A DNA stretch of 39,718 bases from an uncultured archaeon (GCA_964432625.1 CAYSOH010000001.1:1-39718), one strand, 5' to 3'. Shown: positions 19,575-28,402, counted from the first letter of the stretch. Notes: generated by a model from the sequence alone, not told the origin. Program-made: numbers and translations.

Positions 19575-21808
19575 CGTGGATTAGCGGAACGTTGAACTCT
19601 ATTGGCCAAAGCTGTCTTCAAACTAACAAGTGCTTTAGCTGCACGGCCCTCTTCAGAAGATACTGCTGCTGCTTTCTTATCATCACTTAATTTTGCCATT
19701 CTAGCTTCAGCTTTAGCCCTCTTATTGAGTTCCCCACGAACTGCTTTCAACATGCGACGGCCCTCGACCTCATTAAGTGATGATACATCACCTAAGTCTA
19801 TTTGTTTGGCCAATGGAGTAAGTTGCTTGAGTGGGACGTAGTAAGCTTGATCCTTCAATAAATCTGCTTGAAGTCTAGCTTCTATCTTATCTCTTCGTTT
19901 TTCCTCGTTAGAAATAAGCTTAGATCTCTTGGTTGGATCATCAGTTTGTGATATCTTAGCATCACTCTTTGACCTAGCTGCCTGCTCTTTGGCCTCACGC
20001 TTCTGGTATTTCTGCCTGACCTTTGGTGGGAAATCAGAGACATCGACCTCATCATCTTCAGAACCAGACAAGTCCATATCACGTTCTTCGACTTTCCGGC
20101 GACGTTTCTTACCTCCTACCTGCATATCAGCATAGACTTGGCGCATGACGTCTTCTGGGTGTACATAGTACTCCGCAACGACCCTAGCAAAATCTTTGTA
20201 ATCACGAATTGCTTTCTTCAGACACCATTCAATCACCAGTTGGCGTCTCTTCATCTCATCCATAATCTCGACTCGGTTGAGATTAGCTTTCATCATTATC
20301 TTCTCAAGGATGTATGATTTACCTGTGAAAACATATTCATCAGTCGTATTATCCCATCTGAATGCCTCATTAGTAAGCAGTTCATGGGAATGAGGATCAA
20401 TGCCTATAATCTCAACAATGTTCTTGTTTCTTCGAACACGTTTACCACCAACACGAGTCTGAATTTGGATTGAAATACCGTCCAATGCAGGAATTAAAAC
20501 TCTTGGAATCTCAATTGGTTTGTTTTCTAGACGGTGAACTAAACTCTGAATAGAATCTGCGTGGAAGGTCGAATAAGTTGTGTGTCCCGTAGCCATAGCT
20601 TGGAACAGAACATAAGCTTCAGCACCACGAATTTCTCCCACAATAATGTATTCTGGACGTTCTCTCAAAGCTGCTCGTAGAAGGTCGTACATGTCAACCT
20701 CTCCTGGAGCCTTCTGACCAGTTCCTCCAGCTTCACCTCCAAAACCTTGTCTTGTACAGCCTGGAATCCAGTTAGGATGCGGTAAATTCAACTCTCTTGT
20801 CTCTTCAATACTGACAATCTTATGCTGCCATGGAAGGAAAAGAGAACAAGCATTCAAAGACGTAGTCTTACCTGAAGCCGTTCCACCTACAAACAGCATT
20901 GACATCCCGTATTGCATTGCCATCCAGAAGAAAGCAATCTGCATAGATGAGAAAGTCTTGAATTCCAATAAGTCTACAGGAGTAAAAGGTTCATCCCTGA
21001 AACGCCGTATCGTAAACGTAGAACCCTTAGTCGAAACTTCTCTACCAAGAGTCATAACAATACGGGAACCGTCCATCAGTGTTGCGTCCAATAGTGGTTC
21101 TGCAATCGAAATATGTTTACCACAACGCTGGGCCATACGGATTATGTACTGTTCAAGTTCAAGTTCATCCTCCCACATAACATTGGTTCTCAAAGATTCG
21201 AACCTTCGATGATAAACAAAAACCTCAACATTAGGGCCATCACATGAAACATCCTCAATATTTGGATCACGCATCATAGTATCGACCCGACCATAACCAA
21301 TCATATCTCTCTCAATGAAATAGTGGATTTTTTCTCTGTTGCTTTTTCTAGACTTCAAACGATAACTGTTCAATATATCATCAACAGCCTGTTTCAAGAA
21401 ATCCTCTTGAGACTCATCCATAGTTTCGCGATCAATATTAAGTGCACGCTGAAGAACCTCTTTAATCGTATTAAGATCATCCATTTCCTGTTTACTTGCC
21501 TTCGGTTCCACTACGTAGTAAAACCTTGAATAATCTCTCTTATCGAAAAGAACTCGAACATAGGAAAATGGAGGGCGAACGGGGTAGGTATCAAGTTCTT
21601 CAAAATCTTCTCCAATCTCGATATCATCCATAACGAGATCATGAATAACACCTTCTTTCTCTGCCGCTCGACGCTTACGCTCCAATGCTTTTCGCTGCTT
21701 TTTGAGCTTGCGACGCTCTAACCAGGAAAGTTTTGATTCATCGATGGGTTCTTCCTCTTGTCCAAGCAATCCCGAATCGGCATCTAGTGTCCCTTTCGCT
21801 GCGCTCAT
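19553..21808 (-). CDS. FlaI/ArlI/PilB-family type IV filament assembly ATPase with long charged C-terminal extension
   Basis: YPVRPPFSYVRV..FYYVVEP N-domain, Walker A GGTASGKTT, Walker B/Asp box PEYIIVGEIRGAEA, His box ATGHTTYSTFHA. Residues ~563-751 are a K/R/E-rich tail. Confidence 0.9.
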   Translation of the reverse strand: MSAAKGTLDADSGLLGQEEEPIDESKLSWLERRKLKKQRKALERKRRAAEKEGVIHDLVMDDIEIGEDFEELDTYPVRPPFSYVRVLFDKRDYSRFYYVVEPKASKQEMDDLNTIKEVLQRALNIDRETMDESQEDFLKQAVDDILNSYRLKSRKSNREKIHYFIERDMIGYGRVDTMMRDPNIEDVSCDGPNVEVFVYHRRFESLRTNVMWEDELELEQYIIRMAQRCGKHISIAEPLLDATLMDGSRIVMTLGREVSTKGSTFTIRRFRDEPFTPVDLLEFKTFSSMQIAFFWMAMQYGMSMLFVGGTASGKTTSLNACSLFLPWQHKIVSIEETRELNLPHPNWIPGCTRQGFGGEAGGTGQKAPGEVDMYDLLRAALRERPEYIIVGEIRGAEAYVLFQAMATGHTTYSTFHADSIQSLVHRLENKPIEIPRVLIPALDGISIQIQTRVGGKRVRRNKNIVEIIGIDPHSHELLTNEAFRWDNTTDEYVFTGKSYILEKIMMKANLNRVEIMDEMKRRQLVIEWCLKKAIRDYKDFARVVAEYYVHPEDVMRQVYADMQVGGKKRRRKVEERDMDLSGSEDDEVDVSDFPPKVRQKYQKREAKEQAARSKSDAKISQTDDPTKRSKLISNEEKRRDKIEARLQADLLKDQAYYVPLKQLTPLAKQIDLGDVSSLNEVEGRRMLKAVRGELNKRAKAEARMAKLSDDKKAAAVSSEEGRAAKALVSLKTALANRVQRSANPRWWHKWL

Positions 21809-21809
21809 T

Positions 21810-22322
21810 TTAGTTCCCTGCCGCCAATGTGACGACCTTCAAGTCGACATCATAATATATGACTATATAAGAAGTCGTCGACCTTATAGGAAGACCACTT
21901 TTGGTCACTATTTCTGTCGCTGGATAAAGTGGAAAGTTAACCTCAAATGAACCTCCTCTCGGTTGATAAGTAATAACTTTTAAGCCGTCTTCAGTCCCAT
22001 TAACTTTGTACAATATATCATGATAATTACTAGAATCAGGCCCCCATGCCATAGTAACAACTGGTGAGGCTGTTGGATGTTCACGGATAGTGTTCAGCAG
22101 ATCTTCTATAGCTAACTGAAAATACAATGCTACTTGCTCGGCTTCTTCCTGTACCGTGTTCGATACATTTCCACTTATCATAGTGCTAGATGTAAGCATC
22201 ATTGATGAAAGCACTAAAACTGAAATTAATGCTGTATAAACATAGCCAATTAGCTGCGAAGCAGCAGAATCATCGTAGGCCAAATTCAACATTGATTGTC
22301 CTCTCGAGTACTCTGAAATCAA
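21810..22322 (-). CDS. pilin-like accessory protein (N-terminal hydrophobic helix)
   Basis: AASQLIGYVYTALISVLVLSSMML helix followed by a globular domain. It ends 1 nt before the ATPase ATG. The start is uncertain: 22322 or ATG 22292. Confidence 0.45.
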   Translation of the reverse strand: MISEYSRGQSMLNLAYDDSAASQLIGYVYTALISVLVLSSMMLTSSTMISGNVSNTVQEEAEQVALYFQLAIEDLLNTIREHPTASPVVTMAWGPDSSNYHDILYKVNGTEDGLKVITYQPRGGSFEVNFPLYPATEIVTKSGLPIRSTTSYIVIYYDVDLKVVTLAAGN

Positions 22323-23346
22323 AGGCTGTATCCTGAGAATAGATTATGTCTTCCTCAAAACCCATGTTCGCTGCAGTGGTTGAATCATTTTGATTGAAAT
22401 CAAATTGTCTTGCGCTGAAGTCCCAATAATTCAAATAATAAACTCTTAGAGCTGAGACTCCATCACCTGCAAAAGCCATTCTAAGTGAATAAACGCTAAA
22501 TGAATTATCTGTTCCACCCTGATTTCGGGCCTGGAAATTGTAATTTCCAGCTTGTACTGCTTTTGAGCCTGAGGGTGCGGTATAATTTGTTTGATAAACT
22601 GTTAAGGAGCCATAAGACGAGGAACTGCCTGTATGTCTTATCAAAGGATTAGAAGTTGTAAAGAACTCTTTCGAACCAGGTTCCTTAGAGACCATTGCTC
22701 CATTGAACATTCTCATCTTATATACTCCCGAAACTGAAGAATAACTATATGATAGAGAATCTACGCCATAAATTAGGAAACCACCAATCACTGTTGAATT
22801 TTCAGTACTGGTGAATGTTGCTTTAGTTCCATGAACCAGAGGTGGAAAACCAGAAACCAATAAGTCAGAAGTGCCTGTCCAACTTGGTTCATCTGGAACT
22901 CCGTCTCCGTCATTATCTGGATAGGTGAGTGTAACTCTATACTCACTTACAACTTCATTATTGTCTTTCATAGCAAAGGATTCAGAGCCTGTTTTAACAC
23001 CCACAATCTCTGGATCAAACCATGACACAGTAGTATAGTAATATCTTATTTCATCAAGTTTGGTCCAATCTTCTCTAAGAGCAAGTGTGCCTGCGCTCAA
23101 AGAAACCGTTGATGTGCGAGAAGAACCTTCTCCTTGAAGCAGGACATGATCAAGATCTGCATCGAAATTTAGAAGATTATTTTGTGAGGATGTATATATT
23201 GCATAGGCTTCGCTTTCCTGTATCTGTGGTATTCCCCATGCTAACATAGTACCTGTGATTGTAACCATTATACCTAGAATGAGAACAGTACCTATGATGG
23301 GACTTACACCCTCTTCTGATTCACGGAAAGAAAGCTGACGCTGCAC
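22270..23346 (-). CDS. archaeal type IV pilin-family protein (large, Ser/Thr-rich)
   Basis: GTG start. MQRQLSFRESEEGVSPIIGTVLILGIMVTITGTMLAWG is the archaeal Pilin_N (DUF1628-type) class-III signal plus hydrophobic helix. Contains several N-x-S/T sequons. Confidence 0.7.
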   Translation of the reverse strand: MQRQLSFRESEEGVSPIIGTVLILGIMVTITGTMLAWGIPQIQESEAYAIYTSSQNNLLNFDADLDHVLLQGEGSSRTSTVSLSAGTLALREDWTKLDEIRYYYTTVSWFDPEIVGVKTGSESFAMKDNNEVVSEYRVTLTYPDNDGDGVPDEPSWTGTSDLLVSGFPPLVHGTKATFTSTENSTVIGGFLIYGVDSLSYSYSSVSGVYKMRMFNGAMVSKEPGSKEFFTTSNPLIRHTGSSSSYGSLTVYQTNYTAPSGSKAVQAGNYNFQARNQGGTDNSFSVYSLRMAFAGDGVSALRVYYLNYWDFSARQFDFNQNDSTTAANMGFEEDIIYSQDTAFDFRVLERTINVEFGLR

Positions 23347-23384
23347 ACTGGGGCACCAATAGGGGCTCTAAAAAGTGTTAGGTT

Positions 23385-24323
23385 CTAATCTTGATGATTT
23401 TCTTCTAGCCATCTCTCTGCATCTATAGCTGCCATACAACCCATTCCTGCAGCCGTGATTGCTTGACGATAACGTGTGTCGACTACATCACCTGCGGCGA
23501 AAACTCCAGAAACACTAGTCATTGAATTTTCCTTCCAAATAAGGTATCCTTCAGAATCAGTCTCAATCTGGCCGCCAAGAAAACTAGTCATTGGTTTATG
23601 ACCAATAGCAATGAAGGCCCCATCACAAGAAAAGTCCTCCTCCTCACCGGTAACTGTATCTAACAAAACAGCACCTTGAAAATTACCTTCCTCACCGAGC
23701 CATTTTCTGACTACTTTATTCAATTTCCAGCCAATCTTTGGATTGCTTTTTGCTCTGTCAGACATTATTTGAGATGAACGTAGTGCCTCTCGTCTATGCA
23801 CTATTGTGACTCTGTCACAAAAGCGAGTCAAAAATGTGGCTTCCTCCATAGCAGAGTCTCCCCCTCCAACTACTATGACCTCTTTATTCCTGAAAAATGC
23901 CCCATCACAAGTTGCACATGTAGATATCCCTCTACCCTTATGAGTAGGCTCATTTTCAGCATCAAGCCATATCGCCTCTGCACCAGTGGTTATTATCAAA
24001 GATCTGGCCAAATGTTCTTCATCACCTACTTTTACTTTGAAAGGAGTTCCGGACAAATCTACTGAATCAACATTTTTGTCGACTATATTACAACCAAAGC
24101 GAGAGGCCTGAGCTCTAAGCTCTAACATCATCTCTGGACCACCAATACCCTCAGGATAACCTGGGAAATTCTCGACATCGCTAGTTAGCATTAGTTGGCC
24201 CCCACTTGAAAAACCAGCAAACATCAATGGTTCCAGCATTGCTCTACCTGTGTACAATCCTGCTGTGTATCCTGCTGGACCTGAACCAATTATTATTACA
24301 TTATTAATTGCGGGCACGTACAC
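23385..24323 (-). CDS. trxB: thioredoxin-disulfide reductase
   Basis: IIIGSGPAGYTAG, redox-active CATCDG, VVGGGDSAMEEA, GVFAAGDV. Confidence 0.92.
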   Translation of the reverse strand: MYVPAINNVIIIGSGPAGYTAGLYTGRAMLEPLMFAGFSSGGQLMLTSDVENFPGYPEGIGGPEMMLELRAQASRFGCNIVDKNVDSVDLSGTPFKVKVGDEEHLARSLIITTGAEAIWLDAENEPTHKGRGISTCATCDGAFFRNKEVIVVGGGDSAMEEATFLTRFCDRVTIVHRREALRSSQIMSDRAKSNPKIGWKLNKVVRKWLGEEGNFQGAVLLDTVTGEEEDFSCDGAFIAIGHKPMTSFLGGQIETDSEGYLIWKENSMTSVSGVFAAGDVVDTRYRQAITAAGMGCMAAIDAERWLEENHQD

Positions 24324-24358
24324 CCAATTACGAGGTTGCTAAAATCGTTATGCCGAAA

Positions 24359-25099
24359 TTAACCGTTCCATCTAGCTGAGACAATAAAGCCAGTATGGCC
24401 TATCATACTACTCTTGGGACGAAGAGCCTCAATTCTTGCCTGCCACTCACGCTGAATAACTTCAACAATTTCAATCTGTTTCCAATCACCTAGAGAATTC
24501 AGTAATTTTTCAATCTGGTTTGAGGTCGGTACGTAAATCAACATGAAACCCCCAACTTTCAGAGACCTTTCAGCCCAAGAAACTATTTGATCTGGATTAG
24601 GAAGGTCCAAGAAAATAGCATCTGCTCTAATTTCTTCTGTGTTGTCACCAAGCTCTGTTTTATTGATATTAACCAAATCCTTCCAAGAACTCATATTCAA
24701 GTTTTTTTCAGCTATTCGAGAATGTTTTTGATTGTTTTCAAACGTTATGACCTTCCCATTGGGCGCAACGGTTTGTGCAAGTGATAAGGTTAGAGCTGCT
24801 GAACCAGTACCTGCCTCAATCGCAGTATCACCAGACTTCAACCCTGATTTATGTATCATCCAAGCTATATCTTTAGGCAAAATTATCTGTGGACCTCGCC
24901 TAATATTGGATTGTAAGTCTGACATTGAGTATTCCACGATGAGACTTTTTTCTCCAAATAAATTAAACTCCGAACCTATCTTCTGATTCTTAATCGCCTT
25001 TCCCGGAAAACTTCCAAATCCTGGTATTTCAATTACGTCAGAATCCAAATTTACTAAGTGCGCTGAACCGCCAATTATTAAAAGATTCCAACTGCTCAT
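24359..25099 (-). CDS. trmI: tRNA (adenine-N1)-methyltransferase, TrmI/GCD14 family
   Basis: GPQIILPKDIAWM, SAM motif EAGTGSAALTLSLAQTVAPNGKVITFE, DAIFLDLPNP. I use ATG 25099 because the track start at 25159 would overlap the end of rps15. Confidence 0.8.
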   Translation of the reverse strand: MSSWNLLIIGGSAHLVNLDSDVIEIPGFGSFPGKAIKNQKIGSEFNLFGEKSLIVEYSMSDLQSNIRRGPQIILPKDIAWMIHKSGLKSGDTAIEAGTGSAALTLSLAQTVAPNGKVITFENNQKHSRIAEKNLNMSSWKDLVNINKTELGDNTEEIRADAIFLDLPNPDQIVSWAERSLKVGGFMLIYVPTSNQIEKLLNSLGDWKQIEIVEVIQREWQARIEALRPKSSMIGHTGFIVSARWNG

Positions 25100-25116
25100 A
25101 AGAGCCAATATGGAAA

Positions 25117-25569
25117 TTAGCCTACCAAAAGTTTGGCGTTGGCCAGTGAATACTTCCAATCATCTGGAAGAACTTTGTTTGAGCGATAATACTTAACAAG
25201 GCGAAGTATCTTTGCTTCGGTAAGGCGCAATGCTCTAGTATTGTGAATGTCCTTGTTATTTACCTTAAGATGTTCTCCTAAGCGGACCGCCTTTCTCATT
25301 AAATTGGTTAAATCCTCTGGAAGAGATGGTGACGCCTCATTTTCTTTGAGTATTCCTAAGATTGATTTCCCTGTAGCAAGTTTCACGCTAGGCACGCCGT
25401 GCATATCTCTCAAAGTTATGCCAATTTGTGACGTAGACAAACCTTCAGATGCCAGTTTAGTAACCTCTTTTTCGACATCCTTAGATTTAGGGGCCCATTT
25501 TGGATTCTTTTCTCTAGTCTGTGGACTAGAACCGGAGCGACCCCTGTGTCTTGCATGGATTCTTGCCAT
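25117..25569 (-). CDS. rps15: 30S ribosomal protein uS15 (archaeal S15P / eukaryal S13e type)
   Basis: MARIHARHRGRSGS...LSTSQIGITLRDMHGVP...HLKVNNKDIHNTRALRLTEAKILRLVKYY. Confidence 0.95.
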   Translation of the reverse strand: MARIHARHRGRSGSSPQTREKNPKWAPKSKDVEKEVTKLASEGLSTSQIGITLRDMHGVPSVKLATGKSILGILKENEASPSLPEDLTNLMRKAVRLGEHLKVNNKDIHNTRALRLTEAKILRLVKYYRSNKVLPDDWKYSLANAKLLVG

Positions 25570-25629
25570 ATTTTAATCTCCTATGGAGGGTATGGCGCCA
25601 GTCAGGCCTGTATAAAAACATTGGCACAT

Positions 25630-27225
25630 TTAGTATCCTGCAGTCCTGTAAATAGCTAATTCGTCATTAGAATAAATCTTATAATTAAAATCGGGCATGT
25701 TTTTGTAATGGTAATTCAATACCAAAGAAAGTGTAGAAGATTTCCCACTCATGTCTGGCATTCCAAGATTCACCACAGAAACAGAAATGTTCTTTCCTAT
25801 AGATTGGGAAAATGTTTCTGTGTTATTCCAAGTCCACAAATGATCTGATTGATTCCAATACATGTCTTTGACTGAAATACGCTTAATTTCCATGTCATCG
25901 ATTGATACAAGGCCTGCCGAAAGTTGTAATGAATCTGAGAAAGATATCATATCTGAGTATGCGGCAAGTCTTCTTTCTCGCTTTTCATCATTTGATTCAA
26001 ATATTCCAGTTTCTAGATTGTTGTGCATCCATTGAGAAGCTGTTTCGCTACTATCGCGAACGTAATAACTGTAGAATTGGGCCTCTCTCTCGTGAGCAGC
26101 TATTCTAGATTTCAAATCATAATGAGAGAATGAAACCAGTAGAATTATCAAAGCTGAAAAGACCACAGTTATTCTTTGTGGATGATCTTGGAGATTATCT
26201 ACAAAGAAATCGAACCCTGGGGCCATAAAAAGAAGAATTCCAAAGGTCAACAAATATGGTAAGTAGATAAGGTCCGAAATAATAAAAAATGAGAGAGCCA
26301 GATAAGACATTGAAAACAGATAACCTATCCTAATCCGCCCTTCCTGAATCCAGAAAATTACACCGAGGATAGATATAAAAATCAATGGACCTACATTTAT
26401 CATATAGTAAACCGCCAGATTAGCTAATGAAGTGAATACTCCTGCACCACTAAAAAGATAAGATCCAACAAGCTCATCATCAGGACTATATGGAGAAAAA
26501 TCTAGATACTGTAAAAAGAACAAATACCCCAATAAGAATGTCAAAAAACCTAATGCCTGCCTACCTGCGCGTTCTCTGTTGGTAGCGTTCTCTTGCCAAT
26601 AAAACAAAATGTATGCTAAAATTAGAGAGAGAAGCATTCCCGGAAACAAGAGAGCCATACGATGCAAGGATGGTAAAACTACGATAAAAATGGATGAAAG
26701 AAACAATGTACGGGAAGGGTGGCGTCCATACTTTGAATTGTAAAGTCGTAAAAGTAACCAGATGAAGAAAGGGAGTAAGGCTATGAGGGTGAAACGCAAA
26801 GATAGACGCCACATCGAAAAAGTTAAGAACCGTGGAGCTAAAGAAAAACTGAGGGATGCAAGCCAGCGACTACGGTAATTGTCACTAAGTTCTCCTGAAA
26901 GCATGAAAAATCCAAATGTGGAGACCAATGACAAAAATAAACTGTGAATTATAACATATTCATGAATCGTTATACCTGTCAAAGATGTAACTGATGAAGC
27001 TAGAAGCGTAGCTCCCAAAGGAGATGTACCTGGAAACAACCCATACAAAGACAGAACATTCTCTGCCCAGAAAATCTGGCCATGCGACATAATGGCCTTT
27101 GCCATTGAAATATAGTAAAAATTATCAGTACCTGTTGCAGAAGGAGTTATTGGATATCGGAGAAGAATAGTAAGAAGGCCAAGCAAAATCAGACCATTTT
27201 TCTTGGATGGGCTTGGACTTTTCAT
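25630..27225 (-). CDS. polytopic membrane protein, possible GT-C-fold glycosyltransferase
   Basis: At least 10 hydrophobic helices, an Asp-containing first loop (TGTDNFYY) and a C-terminal soluble domain of about 170 aa. The functional call is weak. Confidence 0.4.
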   Translation of the reverse strand: MKSPSPSKKNGLILLGLLTILLRYPITPSATGTDNFYYISMAKAIMSHGQIFWAENVLSLYGLFPGTSPLGATLLASSVTSLTGITIHEYVIIHSLFLSLVSTFGFFMLSGELSDNYRSRWLASLSFSLAPRFLTFSMWRLSLRFTLIALLPFFIWLLLRLYNSKYGRHPSRTLFLSSIFIVVLPSLHRMALLFPGMLLSLILAYILFYWQENATNRERAGRQALGFLTFLLGYLFFLQYLDFSPYSPDDELVGSYLFSGAGVFTSLANLAVYYMINVGPLIFISILGVIFWIQEGRIRIGYLFSMSYLALSFFIISDLIYLPYLLTFGILLFMAPGFDFFVDNLQDHPQRITVVFSALIILLVSFSHYDLKSRIAAHEREAQFYSYYVRDSSETASQWMHNNLETGIFESNDEKRERRLAAYSDMISFSDSLQLSAGLVSIDDMEIKRISVKDMYWNQSDHLWTWNNTETFSQSIGKNISVSVVNLGMPDMSGKSSTLSLVLNYHYKNMPDFNYKIYSNDELAIYRTAGY

Positions 27226-27291
27226 GATTTATCAAATGGGTGATGTATTAAGCATATATGCTACATAGAAAATGGTTATTTGTACTACATA

Positions 27292-27301
27292 TTTTTATAT
27301 A
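27292..27301 (+). promoter_or_regulatory. TATA-box candidate upstream of the Reeler-like / Rieske-cyt b gene string
   Basis: tttttatata lies about 76 nt upstream of ATG 27377 and downstream of the track start at 27272. This favours the 27377 start. Confidence 0.3.
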
Positions 27302-27376
27302 GCAGATACTGTCCTCTCAAATCACCTATTATGGGGGCGTAATTTGTCTATATCTGACAACAGGAATTACAGTCTG

Positions 27377-28048
27377 ATGGCACTGCTGATTCTAACAGCT
27401 TTGGTAGTTGGTAAAAGTGCTCAGGGATGGCCTGAAGGAGGCGATGCTGCAAATGGAGGAGATTCCTGGGTAGAAGACGAAGTGGTCCCTAAAGGATGTT
27501 ATTGTCACAATGATGTGCAGATTGAGGAGGGGATGTACAGTTTAGTTGGGTTACCAAACAAATACATTCCAGAAACTGTTTACAACATAACACTTACTGC
27601 CAATGACACCAATGTAGGACGTGCAGACGACGACAACGGACGATATGGAGGATTCCTAGTTGTAGTCACAGAAGGTGAATTTGTTCCAGATGATAACTAT
27701 TGGATTGGGGGTGATGGAGAGTACCTTTCACATAGTGCAGACAACAATGCAGTTAGGAGTTGGGATTTCCAATGGACTGCACCGACTGAAGGCACTGGTG
27801 ATGCATTGTTCACTATCTATTTCAATATCGTTAATGGAGGCGACTCTTCCTCTGGTGATCAGTGGTCCTTCTTTAGCGTAGTTTCTCTTGGAACTCCACA
27901 AGAAGCTTCAGGAGAAGTATCCATACATGAATTGGGTGTTACCTTGATGCAATACTGGATTGGACTGCTAGGAATAGCAGTTGTTCTTTTATCGGTTCTG
28001 ATATCTTACATAGTCATGAGAGGAGGTAGTTCACATTACCGAGGTTAA
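27377..28048 (+). CDS. secreted Reeler-like domain protein with C-terminal TM anchor
   Basis: Signal peptide MALLILTALVVGKSAQG. GCYCH..., YSLVGLPNKYIPETVYNITL, YGGFLVVV, LSHS, WDFQWTAPTEGTGDALF follow the Reeler-domain consensus order. C-terminal helix LLGIAVVLLSVLISYIV. Confidence 0.6.
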   Translation: MALLILTALVVGKSAQGWPEGGDAANGGDSWVEDEVVPKGCYCHNDVQIEEGMYSLVGLPNKYIPETVYNITLTANDTNVGRADDDNGRYGGFLVVVTEGEFVPDDNYWIGGDGEYLSHSADNNAVRSWDFQWTAPTEGTGDALFTIYFNIVNGGDSSSGDQWSFFSVVSLGTPQEASGEVSIHELGVTLMQYWIGLLGIAVVLLSVLISYIVMRGGSSHYRG

Positions 28049-28169
28049 CGAGATTATAGAAAAAGTCGCAAAGGGTGAACTCAATGCTGAGGATGCTCAG
28101 AAGATACTGGGAACATACAAAGACGAGGATCTTGGAAAAGAATTAAGAAATGTTCCTGGTAAAGAACAA

Positions 28170-28400
28170 TTGGAAATATTTGGAATAATTCTGATTCTAT
28201 TGGTATTAGAGTTGATGTATGATGCTCTCTTCATTTACGGAATACTAGAGAACTGGGATCAGCAATTCCTTTCATTCACACTTGCTATGGCTTTTTTGAT
28301 TTTTGGACTAATGATTGACTTCTACAGAAGATCATTCATGCCTGATATTCTTGAGGTGAAAAAGAGAAGGAGGAAAGTTATAACCAAACTGGAGAGATAA
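28170..28400 (+). CDS. small two-helix membrane protein; the true start may lie upstream (see findings)
   Basis: TTG start in the track. The frame is open for 50 further codons upstream. It ends 2 nt before the Rieske ATG. Confidence 0.4.
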   Translation: MEIFGIILILLVLELMYDALFIYGILENWDQQFLSFTLAMAFLIFGLMIDFYRRSFMPDILEVKKRRRKVITKLER

Positions 28401-28402
28401 TT

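Noticed and set aside
19556-20135. Treating the ATPase C-terminal tail as an intein or a separate fused gene, and the track ORFs 19602..19841 (+), 19929..20135 (+) and 19882..20082 (-) as genes.
   Set aside because: There are no intein splice motifs, and the tail is low-complexity charged sequence in the same frame as the ATPase. The three extra ORFs are alternative-frame or antisense readings of this purine-rich repetitive region.
16512-23346. Calling the filament locus an archaellum (fla/arl operon).
   Set aside because: No KaiC-like FlaH, no recognisable FlaF/FlaG/FlaCDE and a split platform protein. Only the ATPase/platform/pilin core common to all type IV filaments is present.
27226-27376. 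A C/D-box sRNA in the divergent spacer (gtgatgt ... ctga).
   Set aside because: The C-box-like element is imperfect. The putative C and D boxes are more than 100 nt apart, too far for archaeal C/D sRNAs, and there are no C'/D' boxes.
27497-27508. The CYCH motif in the Reeler-like protein as a c-type heme attachment site.
   Set aside because: Canonical heme c attachment needs CxxCH (or rare CxxxCH/CxxCK), whereas this is CxCH. The position instead matches the Cys/His-containing head of the Reeler consensus. I keep it only as a possible metal ligand.
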